From positions 284,518,001-284,582,000 of the forward strand of contig OZ024740.1 of NCBI GenBank assembly GCA_964016885.1: DNA of 64,000 nucleotides, given 5' to 3'. Origin of the DNA: Eledone cirrhosa (lineage: Eukaryota). The notes under the pieces are model-generated. The model did no database searches, had not been told where the DNA came from, and saw nothing but the letters and a program-made list of their open reading frames with translations. This document shows, one piece after another, positions 38,534 to 51,683 of the stretch (its first letter is position 1; every line of letters begins with the position of its first letter). The position numbers and the translations under genes were made by a program.

Positions 38534-39923
38534 TACTCTTGGGTCCAAAATAATAGTGGGAGAAACGAACGGGACAGGGGGCGGGAGGGTAGAATAAGTG
38601 GGGGAGTTGGAAAATTGGTAATTTTTCTAGGTTGTCTCTAGATTTTTTTTAAAAACCAGAATTAGTCATTTAGTTTACATATTGAGATCCCAACCCATCC
38701 TATCTGAACTAATTAATGGTCTGACACATTTTTTTTATCCAAATATAATTATATACAGCCGCTTGAATTAATGTCCTGAATTCTAGAAATTCAGCATGTG
38801 GCATTAGATTTAGTTTCAAACATCTATCTAAGGCGGGTAAAATTCCCGAGATCCATGGACGAGTTCTCTCCAGCGGTCTCTGTCCCTCATTATCCCAAAA
38901 GTCAGCTCAAAAGTGACACAGAGGAGACTGAGGTTAGCTGGACATGCTCACCGACATCCAGAGTTGACATTGCACTCAGTGCTCCTTTGGGAGCCCCTAC
39001 ATGGACACACTAGAAGAGGAAGACCAAGGTTAACGTATGTTGATGCCCTAAGGACAGACACTGGTCTATTGGAGTTTCAAACATTTGAACCTTTAACCCT
39101 TTAGCATTTACATTACTCTATATTTACTATTATATTTTCATGATAAAGGCTTTACCTCACATAATTATCTCACATAATATCGGATCTATGAGATTTTGAT
39201 ACTATTTATTTTGAGAACAATACCTTAATATCAGTATGAACGACCAGTTACAGCCGGTTTGAACAGAAAGAGAGAGAATTCTGGCTGGATACGGCCGGTT
39301 TAATTGCTAAAGGGTTAAATGATTACACCTAGATGAAAGAGTGTTTCCAGCTTCATAATATGTTTCTTGTGAATTGTTATCTAACCCAGCAAAATGTTTA
39401 ATTCAGTGTGAATCTGGACGAAAGGTTCCAGAAAATCAATAGTGTACTTAGGTAATTTAATGAAAAATTAATACTGTCAAGTCCCAGATAATATAGGGAT
39501 GGACCTATCAGGGGAGTTGGAATAAGGAGGGAGTTGTAATAAGCGAGGGGCAGGTGTAATAAGTCGGTGGGGGGGGGGGGGGCAAATAAGTGGTGAGGGT
39601 GGAAAATTGGTAATTTGTCTAGGTTGTCTCCAATTGATTGTTTTAAAAACCAGAATTAGTTGTTTAGTTTTGAAACCTCAACTCATCGTATTTATTTCAT
39701 AACATATGGGATTTCTAGTAATGTTCTTTTTTGTCATGTATAATGTTTTTTAATGTATAAAAAAATGAATTGTCACAGGAATGCTACCATTTGAAATAAA
39801 ATTTCACTGGATTAGTAAAATTTTATAAGCAGAGAAGTGGGGCTTGGAATATAAGTAGGGGTTGGAAAAAATCTGAAAAATTAATAAATGGTGGAGGCAG
39901 GCATTGTTCGAGACTCGAGAGTA
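38534..39923. mobile_element. Old TA-flanked non-autonomous DNA transposon with nested RTE-like fragment (38880-39075) and piggyBac MITE (39093-39318)
   Basis: Left end tactcttgggtccaaaataat versus right-end reverse complement tactctcgagtctcgaacaat. Internal duplicated block ggaaaattggtaattt.tctaggttgtctc..aaaaaccagaattagt. Nested RRLRLAGHAHRHPE..LLWEPLHG..RGRPRLTYVD. Confidence 0.5.
39093..39318. mobile_element. piggyBac-type MITE copy
   Basis: TTAACCCTTTAGCATTTA..GCTAAAGGGTTAA. Confidence 0.88.
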
Positions 39924-40110
39924 TATAAATAAATGTGTACGATTTAAATATTGAAAAATCTTTAGTAGAGAAAATTATAATTTTATGACTGAGTCCTTAT
40001 TTAAAGAATAAATATTTCAAATACTTGATGTCTATATTCTGGAAGAATAAATGGTAAAACAATTCAAATTGTTATTTTTGATTCCCTAAAAAAACAGCTG
40101 AGTGTGTGTG

Positions 40111-40161
<51 letters not shown>

Positions 40162-40318
40162 GTGTGTGTGAGTGTCTGTGATTGTGTGTCTGTGTATGTG
40201 TGGGTAAATATATGTGTGTATATGTATATGTATGTGCGAATGCATGTGGGTATATGTATATATATGTGTGTGTATGTGTATGTGCATGTGTGTGCATGTG
40301 TGTGTGTAAATGCATGTG

Positions 40319-40355
<37 letters not shown>

Positions 40356-40575
40356 AATTAAGTTAAAAATGTACATCCACATATGTATACTGAAATACTA
40401 GTATGCATATGAATACACACACGTGTACATATGTAGATGTACCGAGTTTTTCACTGGACACTTTACTGTGAGTGTCCAGCTATTCTGTATGTAAACACAC
40501 AGACAAACCGGTTTTTAGAGTCATACTGGTTTTCGAGGAAACACCTTTCCTCTATTCTCCAGAAAGCCAGACAGG

Positions 40576-40620
40576 AATATTGGACTAGTTTCGATGTTGT
40601 TACATCTCATCAGCAATATT
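40576..40620 (-). ncRNA. Canonical minimal type I hammerhead ribozyme
   Basis: Minus strand AATATTG-CTGATGA-GATGT-AACA-ACATC-GAAAC-TA-GTC-CAATATT: perfect core, 7-bp stem I, 5-bp stem II, palindromic ACTAGT stem III; predicted cleavage between 40583 and 40582. Confidence 0.88.
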
Positions 40621-40784
40621 TACCTATCTTCCGGCCTTTCTAGAGAATCGTAAAAGCACATATCGTTATATGCTTTTTCTATGAAAATTAGTAGTGGGCA
40701 GACTAATTTGCATAGAGCGTGAGTACGTACCGGTTCAGCGGAGACGATAAAAACAAATAACGAAACGAAATTAAATTTTGTTTC

Positions 40785-40848
<64 letters not shown>

Positions 40849-41019
40849 TTGTATGTATGTGTGTAAATGCATGTGGGTTTATGTATATATATGTGTGTGC
40901 ATGTGTATTGTTTATATCTACCTCTGTAAAGTATGTGTATATTTATGAAGTGTGTATATATATGGAAGGTGTGGTGTATCAATATGACTGAGCATCTGTG
41001 TGTATGTCGAAGATGCAGT

Positions 41020-41740
41020 ACTTCATTCTGTATATCTAAGTGTGTATCTGTGTATGCATGTGTATGCATTTGTTGGTGTGTTTGTGTGTGTGAACTTCTT
41101 TGCATAGATGTGTGTATGTGTGAGCTTCTTTGCATAGATGTGTACATTTGTTGGTGTATGTGTGTGTAAGACCTTCTTTGCGTAGATGTGTGTATATGTG
41201 TGTATTTGTGTGTAAGAGCATCTTTGCGTTGATGAGTGTATGTGTGTGTTTGTATGTATGTGTGAGCTTCTTTGCGTAGATGCATGTATGTGTGTGTATT
41301 TGATGGTGTATTTGTGTGTGTGTGAGCTGCTTTGCATAGATGTGTGTATGTGTGAGCTTCTTTGTGTAGATGTGTGTGTGTTTGTGTGTGTTTGTGTGTG
41401 TTCGTGTGTGTGAGCTTCTTTACATAGATGTATGTATGTGGATGCATTTGATGGTGTATATGTGTGTGAGCTTCTTAGCATATATGTGTGTATGTGTATG
41501 TTTGTGAAAGTGTATATGTGTGTGAGAGCGTCTTTGCATATATGTGTATGCGTGTGCATTTGTTGGTGTATATGCGTGCGTGAGCTTCTTTGCATAGATG
41601 CATGTATGTGGATGCATTTGTTGGTGTATATGTGTGTGAGAGCTTCTTTGCATATATGTGTATGTGTGTGCATTTGTTGGTGTATATGCGTGTGTGAGTG
41701 CTTCTTTGCATGTATGTGTGTATGTGTATGTTTGTGAAAG
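41020..41740. repeat. Degenerate TG-rich minisatellite (gtgtgagcttctttgcatagatg motif)
   Basis: The motif recurs about 12 times with variable spacers. Confidence 0.8.
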
Positions 41741-42195
41741 AAAGTAATTTGCACTTGACTCTGTCTTTTAAATCAAACTACTTAACGAAGTAGCATCACC
41801 AGAGCGAGAGCTGGCTTCACAAGACAGCATGTCTCTTTCATCTTTCTCGGTCTTCTCTTCTTCATTAATCGAAAATAACATTTTTTTCTTTTAATACTAT
41901 TTTATGTTGTTACATGCTTTTTTTTCATTTATGTACAGGTGTTATTTTTTTTTTTTTTTTTCGTGGGGGGGAGGGGTCATGTTTGGGTGTTGGCAGGCAG
42001 AGTAAGGCAGAGCAAGGAAAGCACAAAGTGGAACAAGACAAGAAAAAGCAGAGAAGGGTAACACAGGGTAGCATAGAGAGTAGAATAGGTTGATGTGTGC
42101 AGAATAGATGAAGTATGATGCATGAAAATAAATAACTAACATTTCTTCTATTACAATGGATCCTTTTTGTAAAACATAAACAAAGATAAAACTGC

Positions 42196-42196
42196 A

Positions 42197-42248
<52 letters not shown>

Positions 42249-42358
42249 CGTGTGTGTGTATGTGTGTGTGTGTGCGCGTGTGTGTGTGTGTGCGTGTGTG
42301 TGTGCGTGTGTGTGTGTGCGTGTGTGTGTGCGTGTGTGTGTGTGTGTGCGTGCGTGTG

Positions 42359-42412
<54 letters not shown>

Positions 42413-42669
42413 CGTGTGTGTGTATGTGTGCGTGTGTGCGCGTGTGTGTGTGTGCGTGTGTGCGTGTGCGTGTGTGTGTGTGCGTGTGTGTGTGTGTGCG
42501 TGTGTGTGTGCGTGTGTGTGTGTGTGTGCGTGCGTGTGTGTGTGCGTGCGCGCGTGCGTGTGTGTATGTGTGTGTGTGTGCGCGTGTGTGTGTGCGTGTG
42601 TGTGTGTGTGCGTGTGTGTGTGTGCGCGTGTGTGTGTGTGTGTGTGCGCGTGTGTGTGTGTGTGTGAGC

Positions 42670-42700
<31 letters not shown>

Positions 42701-42711
42701 TGTGTGTGTGC

Positions 42712-42750
<39 letters not shown>

Positions 42751-42772
42751 TGCGTGTGTGTGTGTGTGCGTG

Positions 42773-42826
<54 letters not shown>

Positions 42827-42880
42827 CGCGTGTGTGTGTGTGCGTGTGCGTGTGCGTGTGTGTGTGTGTGCGCGTGTGGG
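42196..42880. repeat. ~680-bp (TG)n/(TGCG)n alternating purine-pyrimidine tract
   Basis: Direct reading. Confidence 0.95.
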
Positions 42881-42995
42881 GGGGGGGGGGGGGGGCGTGT
42901 GTGTAGGTTATTCTGTTTTGTAACCCTAGGTCAACCATATTCAAGCCGACCATGAAAAAAGACATTCTGCACACAGCCATCACATTTGTTTAGAA

Positions 42996-43976
42996 CAGAG
43001 GTTCTCAAAGTGGGTGCTACTGCCCCCCCCCTCCCCACAGGGGGCGCTGAGGCATAAGGGAGTGCTAGAGATGATATAATATATTAAATATCAAATGATA
43101 CATATTATATATAAATCATCATCATCAACTACACCTGATGTACCCCTTCCATACACATGCACACACGTGTGTATCATGACCCGTGCACTGTTCATTTTAC
43201 TGATGTTTGTGCATTGCCCTATGTACTGTACATGCACTTTTTTGATGAGTTGTGGTGCACCTGGGCACTGTACACAATATTTCATTATTGTTATTATTAT
43301 ATCATGACTCATACACTGTTCATTTTCCTGACATTTGTACATTATTCTATGTACTATACATGCACCTTTGATGAGTTGTAGTGCACCTGAGCACTGTACA
43401 CAATAATTTCATTATTATTATTATTATTATCGTTTAACTGCCATCTTCTACGCTAGCATGGGTTAGACGGGAGTCGTCCCACTTGAGGCAAGGTTGGTCG
43501 GGCGACCGTGTCTCGCTCGTATAGGACTATCTGTCAGGTTTTCTACAGTTGGATGCCCTTCCTAACACCAACCACATTTACAGTGTGGACTGGGAGCTTT
43601 TTACCGTGTTACCTACACGACCACATTACAGCGTGGACTGTGTGTGTGTGTGTGTTTTTTTGTTTTTTTTGTCGTAACACCTACACAACCTCATTAGTTT
43701 GGACTGTATAGTACAATAATATATAATATTTATTTATACAGAGTATATATATAAATTATTATATTTAAATTAAAACTTTGCCTTTCATCCTTATGGGGTC
43801 GATAAAATAAAGTACCAGTAATCTACTGGGTAATTGCTGGCCTTGTGCCAAAAGTATAACAATTATATTTAAATTAATTATTTTATTTATTATATATTAT
43901 TTACAATTTGCATGTAGGCAAGTCTCTCTGGAAATAGGGGAGGGGGGCAGTGGTCCCAAAGGTTTGAGAACCTCTG
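42996..43976. mobile_element. hAT/Charlie-type MITE with nested insertions
   Basis: TIR CAGAGGTTCTCAAA..TTTGAGAACCTCTG; 8-bp flanks gtttagaa/ctttagag (6/8). Contains a ~128-bp tandem duplication, an RTE tail (43430-43700, minus) and a SINE A 3' half (43775-43866). Confidence 0.75.
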
Positions 43977-44364
43977 CTTTAGAGGTATTCATAACTTTTA
44001 AGACTATATTATCAGTATGACTTTCCATCTTTTTAGAATGAGAGTGTGATTTTAGGAAAATTTGGCTTCTATTTCTAGTAAGTTGACCGGCCACATGGTG
44101 GCTTCTTTATTGGCTTGACAGAAATTGATTTGTAAAGGTAAGAATAAATTGGTGACTGTGGATATGCATGTACATTTTTTGTTTGTTTGTGTGTGAGTGT
44201 ATGTGTGTGTGCACATGTATGTGTGTGTGTGCACGTGTGTGCGTGTGTGCGTGTGTGCTCACCTATGATATAGGAAGATTTGAGGGGGTGGCGGGAAGAA
44301 GAAGAAAAATAGTTCTTAGTTTCATGTACTCACTGAAGCCCAAATATAGGCAACACAGGAAAAG

Positions 44365-45494
44365 AAATGGTGGGGTGGTAGTTGTGGAGGTGGTGTTAGT
44401 AGTTGTAATATTGGTAGTTGTGGTTGCGGTAGTGGTTTTTGGTGATAGTTATGGTGGCGGTAGTAGTGGTGCTGATAGTTATGGTGGTGGTGGCGCTGAT
44501 AGTTACGGTGGTGGTGATGGTAGTGGTGCTGATAGTTATGGTGGTGGTGGTAGTGGTGCTGATAGTTTATGGTGGTGGTGGTGCTGATAGTTATGATGGT
44601 GGTGGTAGTGGTGCTGATAGTTTATGGTGGTGGTGGTGGTGGTGCTGATAGTTTATTGTGGTGGTGGTGGTGGTGCTGGTGCTGGTGCTGGTGGTAGTGG
44701 TAGTGGTGGTAGTGGTGGTTGTGCTGGTTGTGGTGCTGGAGGTGGTGCTGGAGGTGGTGCTGGATGTGTTGATGATGGTAGTTGTGGTTGCGGTAGTGGT
44801 TTTTTGGTGATAGTTATGGTGGTGGTAGTAGTGGTGGTAGTGGTGGTGGTGATGTGAACGGCAGCAGTGGCAGTGTTGGTGGTGGTGGTGGTGGGGGGGG
44901 GGGAGATATTGGGTGGTGATTGTGGCGGAGATGGTGTCGGTGCTGGTGATGTGAGAATAATGATACTAGGTGTGATGGGGGTGTGGGGAGTAATAATGGT
45001 GTTGTTGTGGTGGTGGTGCTGGCGCTGGTGGTGGTGCTGGTGGTGGTGGTGCTGGTGGTGGTGGTGATGGTTGTGGTGGTGATGGTAGTGGTAGTGGTGC
45101 TGGTGGTCGTGGTGATGGTGTCAGCAGTGGTGTTGGTGGTGGTGGTGGTGTCGACAATGGTGGTGGTGGTGGTGCTGGTTGTGGTGGTGGTGGTGGTGAT
45201 GGTGTCAGCAGTGGTGTTGGTGGTGGTGGTGTCGACAGTGGTGGTGGTGGTGGCGCTGGTGGTGCTGGTTGTGGTGCTGGTCGTGCTGGTGCTGGTGCTG
45301 GTGGTGTCGGCAGTGGTGGTGGTGGTGGTGGTGGTGGTCTTGCTGGTTGTGGTTGTGCTGGTGCTGGTGGTGGTGGTGGTGATGGTGATGGTGTCAGCAG
45401 TGGTGGTGGTGGTGGTGGTGCTGGTGGTGGTGGTGTCGGCAGTGGTGGTGGTGCTGGTGGTGGTGGTGGTTGTTGTCGGCAGTGGTGGTGGTGC

Positions 45495-45525
<31 letters not shown>

Positions 45526-47550
45526 GGTGGTGGTGGTTGTTGTCGGCAGTGGTGGTGGTGCTGGTGGTGGTGGTGGTTGTTGTCGGCAGTGGTGGTGGTG
45601 CTGGTGGTGGTGGTGGTTGTTGTCGGCAGTGGTGGTGGTGCTGGTGGTGGTGGTGGTTGTTGCCGGCAGTGGTGGTGGTGCTGGTGGGGGTGGGGGTGGT
45701 GGAGGAGGTGGTGGAGGAGGAGGTGGGGGTGACTGCAGCAGTGATATGGAGATCATGATGTAACTTAAAATAAAGCTGATAGTTTAGAATGCAACAGTGA
45801 TGGTACCAAACGGCGGGACAACAGCCATGGAGATGGTGATGTGGTAGTAGCCATGGTGATGTTGGTGAGGTTTGATGGGTGAGGATTATGGTGATGGGAG
45901 GGGGGGGAAGCAGAGGTAATGGTGATAGCAATTATGATGGTAAATGGTAATGGTGGTGATGGTGGTGGTGGTGGTGGTACTGGTGGTTGTGGTGGTTGTG
46001 GTGGTTGTGGCAGAAGTGGAGGTGGTGGTTGTGGTGGTGGTGATGGTGGTAGTGCTGGTGGTTGTGGTTGTGGTGGTGGTGCTGGTGGTTGTGGTGGTTG
46101 TGGCAGTAGTGGAGGTGGTGGTGGTGGTGGTGGTGATGGTGGTAGTGCTGGTGGTTGTGGTTGTGGTGGTGGTGCTGGTGGTTGTGGTGGTTGTGGCAGT
46201 GGCAGAAGTGGAGGTGGTGGTTGTGGTGGTGGTAATGGTGGTAGTGCTGGTGGTTGTGGTTGTGGTTGTGGTGCTGGTGGTTGTGGTGGTTGTGGCAGAA
46301 GTGGAGGTGGTGGTTGTGGTGGTGGTGATGGTGGTAGTGCTGGTGGTTGTGGTTGTGGTGGTGGTGCTGGTAGTTGTGGTGGTTGTGGCAGTAGTGGAGG
46401 TGGTGGTGGTGGTGGTGGTGATGGTGGTAGTGCTGGTGGTTGTGGTTGTGGTGGTGGTGCTGGTGGTTGTGGTGGTTGTGGCAGTGGCAGAAGTGGAGGT
46501 GGTGGTGCTGGTGGTTGTGGTGGTTGTGGCAGAAGTGGAGGTGGTGGTTGTGGTGGTGGTGCTGGTGGTTGTGGTGGTTGTGGTGGTTGTGGCAGTGGCA
46601 GAAGTGGAGGTGGTGGTGCTGGTGGTTGTGGTGGTTGTGGCAGAAGTGGAGGTGGTGGTTGTGGTGGTGGTGCTGGTGGTTGTGGTGGTTGTGGCAGTGG
46701 CAGAAGTGGAGGTGGTGATGCTGGTGGTGGTGATGGTGGTAGTGCTGGTGGTTGTGGTTGTGGTGGTGGTGCTGGTGGTTGTGGTGGTTGTGGCAGAAGT
46801 GGAGGTGGTGGTTGTGGTGGTGGTGCTGGTGGTTGTGGTGGTTGTGGTGGTTGTGGCAGTGGCAGAAGTGGAGGTGGTGGTGCTGGTGGTTGTGGTGGTT
46901 GTGGCAGAAGTGGAGGTGGTGGTTGTGGTGGTTGTGGCAGTGGCAGAAGTGGAGGTGGTGATGCTGGTGGTGGTGATGGTGGTAGTGCTGGTGGTTGTGG
47001 TTGTGGTGGTGGTGCTGGTGGTTGTGGTGGTTGTTGCAGAAGTGGAGGTGGTGGTTGTGGTGGTGGTGCTGGTGGTTGTGGTGGTTGTGGCAGTGGCAGT
47101 AGTGGAGGTGGTGGTTGTGGTGGTGGTGATGGTGGTAGTGCTGGTGGTTGTGGTTGTGGTGGTGGTGCTGGTGGTTGTGGTGGTTGTGGCAGAAGTGGAG
47201 GTGGTGGTTGTGGTGGTGGTGCTGGTGGTTGTGGTGGTTGTGGCAGGGGCAGAAGTGGAGGTGGTGGTTGTGGTGGTGGTGATGGTGGTGGTGGTGATGG
47301 TGGTGGTGGTGATGGTGGTAGTGCTGGTGGTGGTGGTGCTGGTGCTGGTGGTTGTGGTGGTTGTGGCAGTGGCAGAACTGGAGGTGGTGGTTGTGGTGGT
47401 GGTGGTGATGGAGCTGGTGGTGCTGGTGGTGGTGGTGGTGGTGGTGGTGGTGGTGGTGGTGGTGGTGGTGGTGGTGGTGGTGGTGCCGGTGATGCCGGAG
47501 ATGCCAGTAATGCCGATGGTGGTGGTGGTGCAGGTGGGGGGGGGGGGGGG
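44365..47550. repeat. Complex (GGT)n-derived trinucleotide satellite region with higher-order units
   Basis: GGT/GCT/TGT/GAT/AGT triplets; sub-arrays at 44450-44660, 45060-45690 and 45950-47480. Confidence 0.9.
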
Positions 47551-48014
47551 ATACGGGGTAAAAACAAAAGATTGGAACATAAGACTTTGTTTCTATTTTA
47601 TTTATATCATCATAATTATTATCATCATCATCATCATCATCACCATTTAACGTCCATTTTCCCATGCTAGCATGGATTGGACGAGTTGTCCTGTTGTGAG
47701 AAATGGTGGGTCAGGTGACCATGTCTTGCTCATACATTCATTTATTTGTTTACTGGTTTCAATCTTACTCTCTCTCTCTCTCTCTCTTTACATGATAAAA
47801 CACGCCCAGTTCACTCTGCAATGTACCAATGCTGGTGCCATGACAAAAATCACCCAGTCTACCCTGTGAAGTTGTTGGTATTAGGAAGGGCATCCAGCCA
47901 TTGAAAACCAAGCCTCATAGGAGCATATGAGCAAGATGTGGTCACCAGACCTGTCTGACCTCACAACTTGACAGCCTGTCAAATCCATGAAAGCATGGAA
48001 AATAGATGTTAAAA

Positions 48015-51000
48015 TGGTAATAATATATACATATGTGGGTCTGTGTGTTTGTATATTTATAGATACATGCTACATATATGTCACACACACATTGGTAATA
48101 ATATATACATATGTGGGTCTGTGTGTTTGTATATTTATAGATACATGCTACATATATGTCACATACACATTGGTAATAATATATACATATGTGGGTCTGT
48201 GTGTTTGTATATTTATAGATACATGCTACATATATGTCACATACACATTGGTAATAATATATACATATGTGGGTCTGTGTGTTTGTATATTTATAGATAC
48301 ATGCTACATATATGTCACATACACATTGGTAATAATATATACATATGTGGGTCTGTGTGTTTGTATATTTATACATACATGCTACATATATGTCACATAC
48401 ACATTGGTAATAATATATACATATGTGGGTCTGTGTGTTTGTATATTTATAGATACATGCTGCATATATGTCACACACACATTGGTAATAATATATACAT
48501 ATGTGGGTCTGTGTGTTTGTATATTTATACATACATGCTACATATATGTCACACACACATTGGTAATAATATATACATATGTGGGTCTGTGTGTTTGTAT
48601 ATTTATAGATACATGCTACATATATGTCACATACACATTGGTAATAATATATACATATGTGGGTCTGTGTGTTTGTATATTTATACATACATGCTACATA
48701 TATGTCACACACACATTGGTAATAATATATACATATGTGGGTCTGTGTGTTTGTATATTTATAGATACATGCTACATATATGTCACACACACATTGGTAA
48801 TAATATATACATATGTGGGTCTGTGTGTTTGTATATTTATAGATACATGCTGCATATATGTCACATACACATTGGTAATAATATATACATATGTGGGTCT
48901 GTGTGTTTGTATATTTATACATACATGCTACATATATGTCACATACACATTGGTAATAATATATACATATGTGGGTCTGTGTGTTTGTATATTTATAGAT
49001 ACATGCTACATATATGTCACACACACATTGGTAATAATATATACATATGTGGGTCTGTGTGTTTGTATATTTATAGATACATGCTGCATATATTTCACAT
49101 ACACATTGGTAATAATATATATATATGTGGGTCTGTGTGTTTGTATATTTATAGATACATGCTGCATATATGTCACATACACATTGGTAATAATATATAT
49201 ATATGTGGGTCTGTGTGTTTGTATATTTATAGATACATGCTACATATATGTCACATACACATTGGTAATAATATATATATATGTGGGTCTGTGTGTTTGT
49301 ATATTTATAGATACATGCTGCATATATGTCACATACACATTGGTAATAATATATACATATGTGGGTCTGTGTGTTTGTATATTTATAGATACATGCTACA
49401 TATATGTCACATACACATTGGTAATAATATATACATATGTGGGTCTGTGTGTTTGTATATTTATAGATACATGCTGCATATATGTCACACACACATTGGT
49501 AATAATATATACATATGTGGGTCTGTGTGTTTGTATATTTATAGATACATGCTACATATATGTCACATACACATTGGTAATAATATATATATATATGTGG
49601 GTCTGTGTGTTTGTATATTTATAGATACATGCTACATATATGTCACACACACATTGGTAATAATATATATATATGTGGGTCTGTGTGTTTGTATATTTAT
49701 AGATACATGCTACATATATGTCACACACACATTGGTAATAATATATACATATGTGGGTCTGTGTGTTTGTATATTTATAGATACATGCTACATATATGTC
49801 ACACACACATTGGTAATAATATATACATATGTGGGTCTGTGTGTTTGTATATTTATAGATACATGCTGCATATATGTCACATACACATTGGTAATAATAT
49901 ATACATATGTGGGTCTGTGTGTTTGTATATTTATACATACATGCTACATATATGTCACATACACATTGGTAATAATATATACATATGTGGGTCTGTGTGT
50001 TTGTATATTTATAGATACATGCTACATATATGTCACATACACATTGGTAATAATATATACATATGTGGGTCTGTGTGTTTGTATATTTATAGATACATGC
50101 TACATATATGTCACATACACATTGGTAATAATATATACATATGTGGGTCTGTGTGTTTGTATATTTATAGATACATGCTACATATATGTCACATACACAT
50201 TGGTAATAATATATACATATGTGGGTCTGTGTGTTTGTATATTTATAGATACATGCTGCATATATGTCACATACACATTGGTAATAATATATATATATGT
50301 GGGTCTGTGTGTTTGTATATTTATAGATACATGCTACATATATGTCACATACACATTGGTAATAATATATACATATGTGGGTCTGTGTGTTTGTATATTT
50401 ATAGATACATGCTACATATATTTCACATACACATTGGTAATAATATATACATATGTGGGTCTGTGTGTTTGTATATTTATACATACATGCTGCATATATG
50501 TCACATACACATTGGTAATAATATATATATATGTGGGTCTGTGTGTTTGTATATTTATAGATACATGCTACATATATGTCACATACACATTGGTAATAAT
50601 ATATACATATGTGGGTCTGTGTGTTTGTATATTTATAGATACATGCTACATATATTTCACATACACATTGGTAATAATATATACATATGTGGGTCTGTGT
50701 GTTTGTATATTTATAGATACATGCTACATATATGTCACATACACATTGGTAATAATATATATATATGTGGGTCTGTGTGTTTGTATATTTATAGATACAT
50801 GCTACATATATGTCACATACACATTGGTAATAATATATATATATGTGGGTCTGTGTGTTTGTATATTTATAGATACATGCTGCATATATGTCACATACAC
50901 ACATTGGTAATAATATATACATATGTGGGTCTGTGTGTTTGTATATTTATAGATACATGCTGCATATATGTCACATACACACATTGGTAATAATATATAC

Positions 51001-51525
51001 ATATGTGGGTCTGTGTGTTTGTATATTTATAGATACATGCTGCATATATGTCACATACACACATTGGTAATAATATATACATATGTGGGTCTGTGTGTTT
51101 GTATATTTATAGATACATGCTACATATATGTCACATACACATTGGTAATAATATGTGGGTCTGTGTGTTTGTATATTTATAGATACATGCTACATATATG
51201 TCACATACACATTGGTAATAATATATACATATGTGGGTCTGTGTGTTTGTATATTTATAGATACATGCTGCATATATGTCACACACACATTGGTAATAAT
51301 ATATACATATGTGGGTCTGTGTGTTTGTATATTTATAGATACATGCTACATATATGTCACATACACATTGGTAATAATATATACATATGTGGGTCTGTGT
51401 GTTTGTATATTTATACATACATGCTACATATATGTCACACACACATTGGTAATAATATATACATATGTGGGTCTGTGTGTTTGTATATTTATAGATACAT
51501 GCTGCATATATGTCACATACACACA
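48015..51525. repeat. 78-bp tandem satellite, ~45 copies
   Basis: Unit ttggtaataatatatacatatgtgggtctgtgtgtttgtatatttatagatacatgctacatatatgtcacatacaca (26-aa periodicity in the ORF track), with a few 80-bp and shortened variants. Confidence 0.97.
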
Positions 51526-51683
51526 TATATATCATCCTCATAATCATCATCATTATTATCATCTGAGTTCAAATCCCGCCGAGGTTGACTTTGCCTTTCA
51601 TCCTTACGGGGTCGATAAAATAAAGTACCAGTAATGCAACTGGGTAATTGCTGGCCTTGTGCCTAAAGTAGAAACAATTATTA

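Noticed and set aside
41925-42983. 352-aa HT-repeat and CV-repeat ORFs
   Set aside because: (TG)n microsatellite artefact.
44440-44660. GADSYGGGG repeats resembling a glycine-rich structural protein
   Set aside because: Frameshifts between units, no signal peptide or exon boundaries, and embedded in GGT microsatellite.
47942-51634. Long Cys/His/Tyr/Ile-rich ORFs (up to 955 aa)
   Set aside because: These are translations of a 78-bp satellite, open on both strands, with 2-bp indels switching frames.
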